A stretch of DNA of 62,280 nucleotides from a virus (taxonomy: Duplodnaviria > Caudoviricetes), in IMG/VR virus record IMGVR_UViG_3300030106_001081, positions 1-62,280 of that record; one strand, written 5' to 3'. A model generated the notes under the pieces. The model was given only the letters and a program-made list of their open reading frames with translations. It was not told the origin of the DNA and searched no databases. Of the stretch, positions 28,297-38,340 are shown one piece after another (position 1 is the first letter of the stretch; each line of letters opens with the position of its first letter). The translations under genes and the position numbers were made by a program.

Positions 28297-31200
28297 TACG
28301 CCTTACCTCCAAGTAATCTTATTAATTCGTTTGTTCGCTCATTATAGTTCATTGGTTTATTTTCTGCGAACATATTACTAAAATTATCTATATCTGTATA
28401 GTCTGAATATGGAGTAATAAACCTTTTCTCTTGTTCTGGATTAGCAAATATACTTGAAAAATCATACAAATAGTCAATATCTGCTATAAACGGTGTTTTT
28501 ATTGTAGTGTCCATAGCTGTTTGCGTAGGACTTTCTTCCTCCTTTTCTTCCTCTTTTTCTTCTTCAGGCACATCTACGTTTATATTTGCATCTACTTCAA
28601 CTTCTGTTTCAGCCTCAACTTCTGGTTCTACTTCAACTTCTGTTTCAGCCTCAACTTCTGGTTCTACTTCAACTTCTGTTTCAGCCTCAACTTCTGGTTC
28701 TACATCTGGTTCTACATCTGGTTCTACTTCAGCTTCTGTTTCAGCCTCAACTTCTGGTTCTACATCTGGTTCTACATCTGGTTCTACATCTGGTTCTACA
28801 TCTGGTTCTACATCTGGTTCTACATCTGGTTCTACATCTAACGAACTATCTGGATCAACAGAACCTACTATAGATATTAAATCTACGGTAGAATCTATAT
28901 CTGTATTAAGAGTATCAGCTAAATCTGTAATAATTTCTTCGTTTGGGTCCACAGGTGCTGTTTCTGTTGTATCTACTGCGGTATCATCAACAACATCCCC
29001 ACCAGAAGTGGTTAAATATGGAGGTATTGTCAGCGTTCCTGTTGTATCTACTGCGGTATCATCAACATCTACAGGTGCTGTATCCACTGTTTCTGTTGTA
29101 TCATCAACATCTACAGGTGCTGTATCCACTGTTTCTGTTGTATCATCAACATCTATAGGCGTTGTATCCACTGTTTCTGTTGTATCATCAACTATTACAG
29201 GCGCTGTCTCTGCTGTAGTAAGTAAATCTTCTAAAATAGTAGCGGTATCATCAACATCTACAGGCGTTGTATCTACTGTTTCTGTTGTATCTAATATGGT
29301 AGAAATAGCATCTGGGGGTCTTTGTATAATACCCGCTTCTTGTAAAACATTGTCTACCAATTCGGGGTCAAGACCTGCTTCAATCAAAGCATTACTTGTT
29401 AATTCTATTTCTTCCGATTTAGTAAATCCAGAATTTACAGCTGTAGTGTTCATATTTGACACTATTTGCCCAACTTCACTACTTGGCAAAGCTCCTGTGG
29501 TAGTAAATGTTGTGCCTGTAACATTAATTGGCTCAGCCATGCCTGTAGTAACAGGAGTTGTAGGCACTTCGTCATAAGTAGGTCCACCAAACGGATCAAC
29601 CGCACTTGCTGTCGAAATAGCTGCAACTGCACTAGAGCCGCTTTCTAAAGCACCGTTGAGGATAGATGATATAACTGAGTCTCCGCCTTCGGCTAAATCC
29701 ACGTTTTCAAGTGCTTGATTTACTATTTCTTCTTGATACCCCTCACCCAAAGCATCTACAGCAGTATCTGCTACAAAACCTGTGGCTATTTTAGCCGCTA
29801 TTAGAAGTGGATTTTTACCTTTATAATCTGCTAAAGACCTACCTAAACTACCTGTAAACGCTCCACTAGCACTTTCTCCTAAAGCTGCTAAATCTTTATA
29901 CCCGTTAGCTACGTGATCTGTAAGCATAACGAGTGCATTTTGGTCACTTCCCGTCGCATTACGATAGTCTTCCCACAATGGAGATTCTTGCAATGTGCCA
30001 TTTTGGTAAGCCGCTAACATAGTATCTTCGATATTTTGAGCTGATTCTCCAACACCTTCAAGGTATCCTGCTAAAAGATTTATAGGTAATCCCCATTTTT
30101 TAAATATTGCTCCCGTTAAAAATTCTGTAGCTGCGTCGCCCCCTCCTTTTGCTTGTGTTCCTAAAAGTCCTTTGACAGTAGTGTCTCCCCCAGTTACAGG
30201 AGATGTTTGTTCAAACCTAATCCCAAACGGTGAATCAGGGTCGTCTACAACAGTAACATCTCCACCACCAAACATTTGTGCGTCAATAGCAGCTTTAACT
30301 TCAGGCGAAACATTATCGTCATATATGCCTTTTCCTAAAGCTATAGAAGCGCTTATAAAATCAGCAAACAATCCTTTTTTAGACGTATATAAATCTACAT
30401 ATTCATCTAATAGTTTTTGTTTTATTTCAGGAGAAACATCCATATTTGAAATGTCTTGCATCATGTCCATTGGGTCTACAAAAGCTCCAGTGCCATATTT
30501 TGCGAGTCGCTCTGCATAGAGATCATTTATTTTTTCTGCTAAACCTTTTGTTATATAAGGCACATTTTCCTTTAAAATCTCACTTACCAGAACCGCAGGA
30601 TAAGACGTTACCATTTGACCCATCAATTTAGCGGCTTCAGGATTGTTTATTTTCCACAACGCATCTTCAAAATCTTCATTTGTAGGTCCAAGAGTATCAG
30701 GAAAATCTGGCATGGCCCCTGACGCTTCCAAAGCTTCTAATTCTAATTGTTTTTCATAAGCTATTTTTGTTTCTTCATTTGTTGGACCTACATAACCTTC
30801 TTTATCTTTATTTGGATCATTACCTGCATTTGCAGCATCTCTTAATTCTTCAGTAGCATGAGATACCCCGCTTGCGTCTAAAAATCTTGTTGCATCATCT
30901 GATATAGGCGGTTTAGTTCCATCTCCTAACGCATTAATAGCATCTATGACATCCTGTTCTCCTCCTGCAGGGGGTGTATATCCCGACTCTGGGTAAATAT
31001 CACTAGGCTCATCGAATACGGGAGGCTTGTCTGATATTACTGGAGGGTCATCAGATGCAGGGGCAGTAGGGGGAACAGAAGGTGGATCACCCACAGGTTG
31101 AGAGAGAGGGGTAGTGTCAATATCAGGACCAATAATATCTCCTAGATCACCTACATTAGTTAAACCTGCTTCCTCCAAAGATTCAGCAAGGTCTTGATAA

Positions 31201-32666
31201 GCTTCAACATCAACAGTGGCCTCTGCTCCTGTTTCTGCTTCTGCCATAGCATCAAGAGTTTCAGCATCTACTATCATAGCAGTGCCGTCTTCACCCTCTG
31301 GAGGTTTATATGTTGCAGTTGTTACAAGTCCTCCCCCTATGGCTGCGTCTAGTGCGCTAACTGCGTCTGACCCTTGAAGTAGTTGATTGCCCCCTGTAAC
31401 AAAAGTGGTTACAATACCTTCTGCTGCAGCATCAGAAAGATCGGGGTACGCCTCTTTTATTACGTTTGCTATGTCTTTTCCTATAGTCTCAAGAGCGTCA
31501 CCTGCAAACGTATCTATTGCAATTCCAGTTAAATTTTTTCCTTCACCTGCGGCTTTAATAGCATTAACCACTGTGCTTGACGGAGCTTTACCTGTTGCTT
31601 CTGTTATTGAATTAATTACGGAGTTTGTTAAGGGCGCAAGCGCCCCTGAAGCAGCTAATGCTTGAAAAGCGTTTAAATTCCCGTCAGCCACACCTTTGAC
31701 TATTGATGCTGCTGTTGTGTAAGGTATAGAAGCTCCACCTGTAGCAAGTGCAAGAAGTCCTTTGGCAATATTACTCTCAAGAAATTTGTTAATAAAACCT
31801 CCAAGGCCCTCACGTCTTTCACCCTCTGCGCCTTTTTCCCAATCTACAGCGTGTTCAAATTTCTTTCTGCCTGTATCTTTTTCTACCGCCTCTCCATCTT
31901 CATTTACGTAAACTTGCGCCCAAGTATCCCCAATGTCTTTAAAGACCGTACCATCTTCACTAAACCTGTAACCTTTTTTGGGTTCGCCATCTTCATCTAC
32001 ATACGCACTCGTGTCTGTCAAAGGAGTTAAATTTTCATTAACAACTTCTTCATAGTTATCTAAAAGTTCTTTAGCTCTATCCTCATCACGAACACCTATG
32101 TCAATCTCATTACCATCTTCATCTCTGTAATACCAATACCCGTCACTTTTTTCATAAATATCAACATCATATGGAGGAGGTGAGGGAGGTAAAGGAGGTG
32201 GAGCAATAGCGGGAGTTTGGTTTGCAGCTGCAAAAGCCTTGGTGTCAAAATTGGTAAAAGTTTTACCGTCTATAGTTACCGTATCGGTTCCACCTGTACC
32301 TACAAAATCATTAAGGTTAGATGTATTAATACCTGTGTACTGTTCTTCAGGACCATCTCCAATTTTAACACTAGTAAACGTAGGAGCAGGTGGAGCAGGA
32401 GTGGTAGGGGGGGCAGGAGTGGGGGTGGGATAACCAGTATTTGCCGCCGCTGCCATTTGCTCGGCTACTTGAGCTTCAAATGCTGCTTGTGCAGCTGCTG
32501 CTTCAGCATTCGCTTTTTCTATTGCCGCTGCTTTCGCCTCCGCCGCTGCCGCTCGCTCAGCTAGTAGACGTTCACGTTCCATATTCGCTTTTTCCGTCGC
32601 TGCTTTTGCTGCTGCTATTGCTTCGTTTATACGTTCAATTTCTTTTAACATTTCCGCTCTTGTCAT
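28296..32666 (-). CDS. large acidic low-complexity protein with tandem repeats (putative virion protein)
   Basis: 1456 aa; Ala coiled coil, Pro-rich linkers, DVEP/EAETEV/VDDTTET repeats. Confidence 0.75.
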   Translation of the reverse strand: MTRAEMLKEIERINEAIAAAKAATEKANMERERLLAERAAAAEAKAAAIEKANAEAAAAQAAFEAQVAEQMAAAANTGYPTPTPAPPTTPAPPAPTFTSVKIGDGPEEQYTGINTSNLNDFVGTGGTDTVTIDGKTFTNFDTKAFAAANQTPAIAPPPLPPSPPPYDVDIYEKSDGYWYYRDEDGNEIDIGVRDEDRAKELLDNYEEVVNENLTPLTDTSAYVDEDGEPKKGYRFSEDGTVFKDIGDTWAQVYVNEDGEAVEKDTGRKKFEHAVDWEKGAEGERREGLGGFINKFLESNIAKGLLALATGGASIPYTTAASIVKGVADGNLNAFQALAASGALAPLTNSVINSITEATGKAPSSTVVNAIKAAGEGKNLTGIAIDTFAGDALETIGKDIANVIKEAYPDLSDAAAEGIVTTFVTGGNQLLQGSDAVSALDAAIGGGLVTTATYKPPEGEDGTAMIVDAETLDAMAEAETGAEATVDVEAYQDLAESLEEAGLTNVGDLGDIIGPDIDTTPLSQPVGDPPSVPPTAPASDDPPVISDKPPVFDEPSDIYPESGYTPPAGGEQDVIDAINALGDGTKPPISDDATRFLDASGVSHATEELRDAANAGNDPNKDKEGYVGPTNEETKIAYEKQLELEALEASGAMPDFPDTLGPTNEDFEDALWKINNPEAAKLMGQMVTSYPAVLVSEILKENVPYITKGLAEKINDLYAERLAKYGTGAFVDPMDMMQDISNMDVSPEIKQKLLDEYVDLYTSKKGLFADFISASIALGKGIYDDNVSPEVKAAIDAQMFGGGDVTVVDDPDSPFGIRFEQTSPVTGGDTTVKGLLGTQAKGGGDAATEFLTGAIFKKWGLPINLLAGYLEGVGESAQNIEDTMLAAYQNGTLQESPLWEDYRNATGSDQNALVMLTDHVANGYKDLAALGESASGAFTGSLGRSLADYKGKNPLLIAAKIATGFVADTAVDALGEGYQEEIVNQALENVDLAEGGDSVISSILNGALESGSSAVAAISTASAVDPFGGPTYDEVPTTPVTTGMAEPINVTGTTFTTTGALPSSEVGQIVSNMNTTAVNSGFTKSEEIELTSNALIEAGLDPELVDNVLQEAGIIQRPPDAISTILDTTETVDTTPVDVDDTATILEDLLTTAETAPVIVDDTTETVDTTPIDVDDTTETVDTAPVDVDDTTETVDTAPVDVDDTAVDTTGTLTIPPYLTTSGGDVVDDTAVDTTETAPVDPNEEIITDLADTLNTDIDSTVDLISIVGSVDPDSSLDVEPDVEPDVEPDVEPDVEPDVEPDVEPEVEAETEAEVEPDVEPDVEPEVEAETEVEVEPEVEAETEVEVEPEVEAETEVEVDANINVDVPEEEKEEEKEEESPTQTAMDTTIKTPFIADIDYLYDFSSIFANPEQEKRFITPYSDYTDIDNFSNMFAENKPMNYNERTNELIRLLGGKA
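28590..29290 (-). repeat. coding tandem repeats (12-, 36- and 42-bp units)
   Basis: (TTCTACATCTGG)n = DVEP x7, EAETEVEVEPEV units, VDDTTETVDTAPVD units. Confidence 0.9.
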
Positions 32667-32986
32667 TATGTTATCTCCAATATACTAGCAACGACATGGA
32701 GCCTATTAGCGGTAGCAGCGGTTACTTTTAATATTTCTGATGCCTGAACAACTAAGGGAGATGTTAGTAATTCTGTGGTAGCATTTGCACTTATAGACTT
32801 TGTTTTATACAAACTAAATACATCAGAACCACTAGTTAATGTAACAGTTATAGTGTCTGCATTACCTGAATCTTCAGATACAAGAATAGATTTAACTATG
32901 GCAGTCGTAGACGTAGAACAAGTATATAAAGTGGTTACACTTGTTGAAGTTAAATCTACTTTTGCATTTACGTATTTATTAGCCAT
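32666..32986 (-). CDS. small beta-rich virion protein
   Basis: MANKYVNAK...SILEIT, coupled to neighbours. Confidence 0.7.
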   Translation of the reverse strand: MANKYVNAKVDLTSTSVTTLYTCSTSTTAIVKSILVSEDSGNADTITVTLTSGSDVFSLYKTKSISANATTELLTSPLVVQASEILKVTAATANRLHVVASILEIT

Positions 32987-33174
32987 TATCCTAAAAACCA
33001 CCCTTGTGCTTCAGATTTGTTTACAATAGACGTGTCACGTAATGTATTGTCTACTTGATTAAAGTATATACGTAATAATGCGTTAAACTGACTTACATAC
33101 ATCTTATCATACTCGTCAGGAGGAAAAGGTAGTGCAGGTGCGCGAAAATTTATAGCATACTCTTCAGCCATCAA
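32986..33174 (-). CDS. hypothetical protein
   Basis: 62 aa, LP.PP.EY...LR.YFNQ motif, overlapping stops/starts. Confidence 0.7.
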   Translation of the reverse strand: MMAEEYAINFRAPALPFPPDEYDKMYVSQFNALLRIYFNQVDNTLRDTSIVNKSEAQGWFLG

Positions 33175-35306
33175 CGCCTCCCATCAGGACGTAGATCAAG
33201 TCTAGGAGCGCCCAACTGCCATTGCACTCCTGTGGTAGTTGATTCAATCTTCAAAGACATCTGCCTGCCTCGCACTCGTGTATGCACTTGTGTTGTATAG
33301 ACTTCGACAGGAGATGTAGCTGAACGTGTTATAGTGCCTGTATTAACGCCACTTGTTGACGCGGGATCGTTATAACCTGAACCTGAAGACCCTAAACCAA
33401 AGAAAGTCATTGCTACAGCAGGACTACCTGATGTGGACCCTTCAAAAGATACGTCAGGCACTACACGAGACATTAACATAAATTGATGCCCATCATCTAG
33501 ATCAAACTCTGAAGATGTTACAAAAGCAGATATGGCAGCTGTGGTGCTTGTCTCATTATCATCTATACCCTCCTCGTGGTTTACAAGCACCCCATTATAA
33601 GTGGCTGCAAGTGGAAAATTACGAAGCCCTGAATCTAACCAAGCAGAACGTGCCATAGACCCATAATACCATATATTCTCTAAATAATTATATACAATGT
33701 ATTTATCAATATTGGTGGCACTGCTAGAACAATAAAACCACCATATTTCATTGTATCCTTCGTTACTACCACCAAACACTTGAGTGTACTGTTCAGTATT
33801 AAAATCAGTAAAAACATGTTTACGCAAATCACATGGTAATGTTTGCACCCGCCCATCATATTTGTAAAACTTATCTTTACCCATCCAGTAGGTTGCGCCC
33901 CCTGCAGTAACCATAGCATTTTGTGAAGCTATAGATATTTTTTCACCAAGAAGTTGAGAACCCCACACACCTGAATCTATTCCTACATATTGTAAAGAAT
34001 ACAAAGCGGCATCAGTCCAAACAAGGATTTCTTGTCTACCTTGTTTTGCCCCAACTATCTCTGTTCCTTTAGATAACGTCAGAAACCCTGCTTGGCTAGT
34101 ATCAGCGACCTCCCAATTTACAGCACTTTCTATATCTGACCAACGTATAAGCATAGGATTTTGTGTAGTAGACCCGTATATATTAGCACCAAAACAAAAT
34201 ACAAAATTGCTTACATCAGAAACTAATATTCCATTTTGGACAGTAGGTACGTTAGATGCTCCTGAAAGAGTAGAAAGCTCAACAGCCCTTGTTTCTAAAG
34301 GAGCGTCTACACTTGCATCCCAATAATATAATCTACCTCCTCTTGGACCAAAAATTAAATCTTCTGAAAAATTACTTTGTGTCCATAAACGAAAATCTTC
34401 TGTGCTTGTTTCACCAGTACCAAAAGGACCCGATCCCCAAGCACCTGCGCCCCAACCTCTTACCTCTGTAGCAGATGCTGCGGTTGTACTTACTTGATAA
34501 GATGCAACAACACTACTACCACCGTTGCCAGAATCTGAACTAGTAGAAGCAACATTAGTAAACTTTAATGTGGTGTCACTAAAACTTTTAGCAAGTATTG
34601 TGTATGTATCTACGGTTTCTACAGCTTCTATTTGGTAGTTTCTGTTTAAAACACTAGCGGTAATATTGCCCCCCAATGACGCAGCGCCACTAAAAGTAAC
34701 AAAGTCATTTGCAACAACTCCATGCGCAGCATCAGTAACCAATATGGTAAAACATGTTACCGCAGCGCCAGAACTATGCGTTGCTGCCGTTGTGCTAGTG
34801 GCTACATTATCTATGAGTTTAGAAGCCCCTCGTGTGCAACCTGTCAACGTATTGTCGGTAATACCTGTATAATCTATTATTTCACTATCTATTAAAACTT
34901 TCCCTGCTATTGGAAACCCCGTAGCATCAGTCAATGCTATAGTTGTAGCACTTGTTGAACTTACAGCAGAACTTAAAGTAGTATTAGAAGCACTAAAAGT
35001 TACATCTCCTGATGAAGTTGTGCTACGCAAAGGTGTTATGTCGTTATAAGCACCTCCATTCTCAATAAGAAATTTAAGGTTAGTGCCTACACCTAACAAG
35101 TTTTGCCCTGATAAAGTTATCCAATTATGTAAAGAACGAGCGATCCCGTCAAAAGTTGAAGAGTTTATGCGAGTCCACCCACCAATTTTTTCAGGATTAC
35201 CTTGACGAAAACGTATGTTATTACACTCATGCCAACCCCCTTCAGTAGAGTAACGAGTGTTTTCTCTGTTAACCCCAGACTTAAATGTTAACTTCTTAAT
35301 AGGCAT
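33171..35306 (-). CDS. tail nozzle / packaged-DNA stabilization protein (P22 gp10 / tail tubular B-like)
   Basis: 711 aa, beta-propeller-like; IRWSD, RVRGRQ, C-terminal RPDGRR. Confidence 0.7.
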   Translation of the reverse strand: MPIKKLTFKSGVNRENTRYSTEGGWHECNNIRFRQGNPEKIGGWTRINSSTFDGIARSLHNWITLSGQNLLGVGTNLKFLIENGGAYNDITPLRSTTSSGDVTFSASNTTLSSAVSSTSATTIALTDATGFPIAGKVLIDSEIIDYTGITDNTLTGCTRGASKLIDNVATSTTAATHSSGAAVTCFTILVTDAAHGVVANDFVTFSGAASLGGNITASVLNRNYQIEAVETVDTYTILAKSFSDTTLKFTNVASTSSDSGNGGSSVVASYQVSTTAASATEVRGWGAGAWGSGPFGTGETSTEDFRLWTQSNFSEDLIFGPRGGRLYYWDASVDAPLETRAVELSTLSGASNVPTVQNGILVSDVSNFVFCFGANIYGSTTQNPMLIRWSDIESAVNWEVADTSQAGFLTLSKGTEIVGAKQGRQEILVWTDAALYSLQYVGIDSGVWGSQLLGEKISIASQNAMVTAGGATYWMGKDKFYKYDGRVQTLPCDLRKHVFTDFNTEQYTQVFGGSNEGYNEIWWFYCSSSATNIDKYIVYNYLENIWYYGSMARSAWLDSGLRNFPLAATYNGVLVNHEEGIDDNETSTTAAISAFVTSSEFDLDDGHQFMLMSRVVPDVSFEGSTSGSPAVAMTFFGLGSSGSGYNDPASTSGVNTGTITRSATSPVEVYTTQVHTRVRGRQMSLKIESTTTGVQWQLGAPRLDLRPDGRR

Positions 35307-35314
35307 AGTGCTTC

Positions 35315-35827
35315 CTACTCTAGTAATTCTAACGCTTGCTCTAAAGCTTCCTTATTTCTCCTTGTCCAACCCTTACCAAACGTATCAAAAGTAGATAATC
35401 CTTCATAGAAATCTTGTCTTACACCGTGCATTTTGTGTAGAACTTCTTTTGTATCATGTTCTGCAAGAGTTTTTAAAGTTTTAGGTCCTATGCCACCGTC
35501 TTGTTTTGCACCAATAATACCTTGCAAAGCTTTCGCACTGCGCCCAGTCCCTGAATTAACACCCCAATCAAAGCAAAAAAAGTCTAAACCTGGGGGTAAG
35601 TCATCACATTTTAATCGTTGCCAATAACTTTTTTCGTATATCGGAGCTACATCTTCATGAGTAAGTTTTTTCATCTCTCCATCTTCTACAGGACGTTTAA
35701 CCCAATCTTCGTATACTTTACGAGTTACTCCGTGGTTAGTCTCGCCCCCAGGATCACGCTCGTGCCAAACGTAGCCGCCTTCATGTTTTAGAAGCATCTG
35801 TAGAGATTTTCCGAAATTTTCTTTCAT
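35315..35827 (-). CDS. endolysin, glycoside hydrolase family 108 + PG-binding
   Basis: HEGGY...DPGGETNHGVT, FDWGVNSG, DG.IGPKT, FGKGWTRR. Confidence 0.92.
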   Translation of the reverse strand: MKENFGKSLQMLLKHEGGYVWHERDPGGETNHGVTRKVYEDWVKRPVEDGEMKKLTHEDVAPIYEKSYWQRLKCDDLPPGLDFFCFDWGVNSGTGRSAKALQGIIGAKQDGGIGPKTLKTLAEHDTKEVLHKMHGVRQDFYEGLSTFDTFGKGWTRRNKEALEQALELLE

Positions 35828-35945
35828 CGTCCTTCCTTTGTTTGCAAATAAGGCAAACTTCTTTTATTTTCTTCCATTTTTTATCAACAGTATACACTTG
35901 ATACACATTTATTTTATTACCGCAAGCAGTGCAAACATCTTTTAT
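35781..35945 (-). CDS. possible CxxC-CxxC zinc-ribbon peptide lacking a canonical start
   Basis: Frame IKDVCTACG...EVCLICKQ...SKT* fills the holin-lysin gap. Confidence 0.35.
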   Translation of the reverse strand: MKDVCTACGNKINVYQVYTVDKKWKKIKEVCLICKQRKDDERKFRKISTDASKT

Positions 35946-36343
35946 TTTGTTAAACCTTTCTGCTTCTCATATGTTCTAAGCCCACCAATTCCGAGCATTC
36001 CACCTAAAACCGTGAGGAGAGTAGACATATCAAACTCTGGTAAGTCTGGTATTTCAACTCCAATAAGAGCCACTATAAAAATAATAACTGGCTGAACAAC
36101 AAAATGATACCCAAAAGCAATCCCGCACACCCAACCAATGCAAGGTCGCCAACCACCTTTAAAAAGGCTTCCCGAAGCAGCTTCTGCCTTATTAACTTCG
36201 ATTTGTGCAAGTTGTTGTTCATGGGATAATTTATCAGCCATCGTAGCTAATTCGTGGGCTAACTTGGCTTTTTGATCCTTGTCCTCTATGACTTTATCTA
36301 GGATACCAGTTACTGGACCTATAAGACTGTTTAATAAACTCAT
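35942..36343 (-). CDS. 3TM holin (GTA-holin-like)
   Basis: GGWRPCIGWVCG, GGMLGIGGLRTYEK.KG; adjacent to the lysin. Confidence 0.85.
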   Translation of the reverse strand: MSLLNSLIGPVTGILDKVIEDKDQKAKLAHELATMADKLSHEQQLAQIEVNKAEAASGSLFKGGWRPCIGWVCGIAFGYHFVVQPVIIFIVALIGVEIPDLPEFDMSTLLTVLGGMLGIGGLRTYEKQKGLTK

Positions 36344-36807
36344 CTTGTCCCCATGATTTGTTTATTATATCTATCAAGAAAATCAAATAAAGAATCTGAT
36401 TGGGGTGTTGATAACGTGGTCGCACGATCAGTGATTGGAGATGGTCCGAATAAAGAATTTGAATAATCTAAATCTGGAAAAGTTCTATCCGTTATTTCAG
36501 TAACTTCATTTATATAAGTTGGTATCTTATCCTGATGCACTGCTGCATGTTGTCGCCCTGCCATATTAATAATTGGTTGTAATAAAGAAGCTATCCCTGT
36601 ATGGGGGAATACCTGTGGAGATGCTATAATGTGTGGTTCTTGAGGGTCGTAAGGAGGATCAGGTGCTATTTCTCTTCCTGTGCCAACAGGAGAAAGTTCA
36701 GGGATAGGTGGAGCTGAAGCAGAGGGGGGTTGTTGAAAATCAGAAATATTAACACTAGGACTTATACTAGATATTAAATCATTAATATAGTTAGGATCGG
36801 GTCTCAT
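36340..36807 (-). CDS. Pro/Ser-rich hypothetical protein
   Basis: 155 aa, ATGA-coupled at both ends. Confidence 0.6.
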   Translation of the reverse strand: MRPDPNYINDLISSISPSVNISDFQQPPSASAPPIPELSPVGTGREIAPDPPYDPQEPHIIASPQVFPHTGIASLLQPIINMAGRQHAAVHQDKIPTYINEVTEITDRTFPDLDYSNSLFGPSPITDRATTLSTPQSDSLFDFLDRYNKQIMGTR

Positions 36808-37172
36808 TTGCTCTCTCCATTACCATTCCCATTTTTGCCCTTGCTATACGCTGTTGCACCCATAAACACACTTACTACAGCAGCTTGACTAACATAGAAT
36901 GTGTTTAAAATTCCAGAAAATGTAGTAACCTTAGATTCAGCAACAAACGGTAAAAACATAGCTGCTGTAAACAAAACCATTGACCCCATTGCAACCCACG
37001 CCATCATACGTTGTTGGTCCATCATACGGTCTAAATTTTCATTCATTTCTCTTTGATGTTGCAGTTGCTCCATTTTTGAAGCCATAGCAAGCTCACCATC
37101 TGTTATGGTCCCATCACCATCCAGATCAGCTTGTTCCCATGCACTACCTTTCTGAAGTTTTTTTTGAGCCAT
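36804..37172 (-). CDS. 2-TM membrane protein with EF-hand-like loop
   Basis: DLDGDGTITDGE; QRMMAW...FTAAMF...FYVSQAAVV; AGGAG RBS. Confidence 0.75.
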   Translation of the reverse strand: MAQKKLQKGSAWEQADLDGDGTITDGELAMASKMEQLQHQREMNENLDRMMDQQRMMAWVAMGSMVLFTAAMFLPFVAESKVTTFSGILNTFYVSQAAVVSVFMGATAYSKGKNGNGNGESK

Positions 37173-37180
37173 GCTATCTC

Positions 37181-37288
37181 CTATTTTATAAGTAGCCACA
37201 TAGGCTGTGTTCTATACAACGACGAAAAGTATGCGTAAACAAAACATATTAACGTCAATAATACAAGTATTTTCGGGTCATTCAACAT
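37181..37288 (-). CDS. small hydrophobic peptide (35 aa)
   Basis: MLNDPKILVLLTLICFVYAYFSSLYRTQPMWLLIK* fills the gap. Confidence 0.5.
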   Translation of the reverse strand: MLNDPKILVLLTLICFVYAYFSSLYRTQPMWLLIK

Positions 37289-37289
37289 T

Positions 37290-37766
37290 CTACCACGTTC
37301 TTGATAAAATATACAACAATAACATTCCAAGTCCACAAACAGCTAATATAACTAATGTTATCCCAACAACTTCCATAATTTCATCCCGTTTTTGTTTTGC
37401 TATCTTTGCTTGCTCTTTTGCATGTTCCTTTGCTTCTTGAAGCCGTCTAGCACGTTCATCTACAATAGATTTCCAAGTCCCATTACCAAAACGATGATCT
37501 ATTAATAATGACATTTCATACCTTTTCTCAGCAGCAAGTTTAGCATCAATAATCTCTGTAGCTACAGTTTTTAGACCAAATTGATCGGCAATACCCATCT
37601 TAGCTTTTTTAGAACGGCCTTTTTGTATTTGGTCTTCAGCATCTAAAATACTACTAATAGATTCAGCAAAGGAGCTAATGTCCTTGGCGGTATTAATATT
37701 TGTTTTAATAAAATCTACGGACTTGTTCAACAGAGCCAAGCCAGTAAGGACTTCAGCAACTACCAA
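37290..37766 (-). CDS. coiled-coil protein with C-terminal TM
   Basis: AGGAG RBS + TTG start; C-terminal hydrophobic helix. Confidence 0.7.
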   Translation of the reverse strand: MVVAEVLTGLALLNKSVDFIKTNINTAKDISSFAESISSILDAEDQIQKGRSKKAKMGIADQFGLKTVATEIIDAKLAAEKRYEMSLLIDHRFGNGTWKSIVDERARRLQEAKEHAKEQAKIAKQKRDEIMEVVGITLVILAVCGLGMLLLYILSRTW

Positions 37767-37801
37767 TTATTTCTCCTAACACGTTTACGTGAGTATATTT
37801 A

Positions 37802-37972
37802 CTACGCTCTAACGACTAAAGATAGTAGTAGGACAATGGTTGTCCCCGCAGTGCCGATTAAGACCATTTCCAGTCTTTTAACACGTCCTAATATTTCAAG
37901 CCACCGTTCTTCAGATACAGCTTTATGAGTTTGCAAATCTGCAGATACTGAATGTACGGTGGTCTTATTCAT
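37802..37972 (-). CDS. small membrane-anchored protein (56 aa)
   Basis: MNKTTVHSV...H.AV.EERW..I..R.KRLE followed by a TM helix. Confidence 0.65.
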   Translation of the reverse strand: MNKTTVHSVSADLQTHKAVSEERWLEILGRVKRLEMVLIGTAGTTIVLLLSLVVRA

Positions 37973-38330
37973 CTAAATTATTTTCCTTTTTCCAATCTTC
38001 ATAAGTCATATATGGCGCTCCAGATGCCATTTCTGCTCCGTATTTTCGATGATTTATTTCATCTTCGGTGCAGTCTTCAACAGTCACTTTAATTGTCCAT
38101 ACACCATTTACTAACACAGGTACAGTAGCATGAGTGTACTTTTGAATTTCATGATTGCAAGTGTAACTTTCTTCATACACAGGATAAATATTAAACTTTG
38201 CAAATGTTTCATTCGATATATCTGCTTCAAACGTTACATTTGGATATGCCTTTCGTAAATCATCTCCAAAATAAGGAAACTTTTCTATATTATTATTTCC
38301 ATCTGTTTTTACATGTCCGCAAAAAGACAT
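37965..38330 (-). CDS. tail fibre assembly-associated protein
   Basis: LRK..PNV.F...P.LVNG.W; directly after the fibre genes. Confidence 0.55.
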   Translation of the reverse strand: MSFCGHVKTDGNNNIEKFPYFGDDLRKAYPNVTFEADISNETFAKFNIYPVYEESYTCNHEIQKYTHATVPVLVNGVWTIKVTVEDCTEDEINHRKYGAEMASGAPYMTYEDWKKENNLDE

Positions 38331-38340
38331 ATTATTCTCC

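Noticed and set aside
28507-29577. 356-aa Ser/Thr-rich + strand ORF and the overlapping FWFYI/LVLH ORFs
   Set aside because: Antisense shadows of the repeat region in the 1456-aa gene
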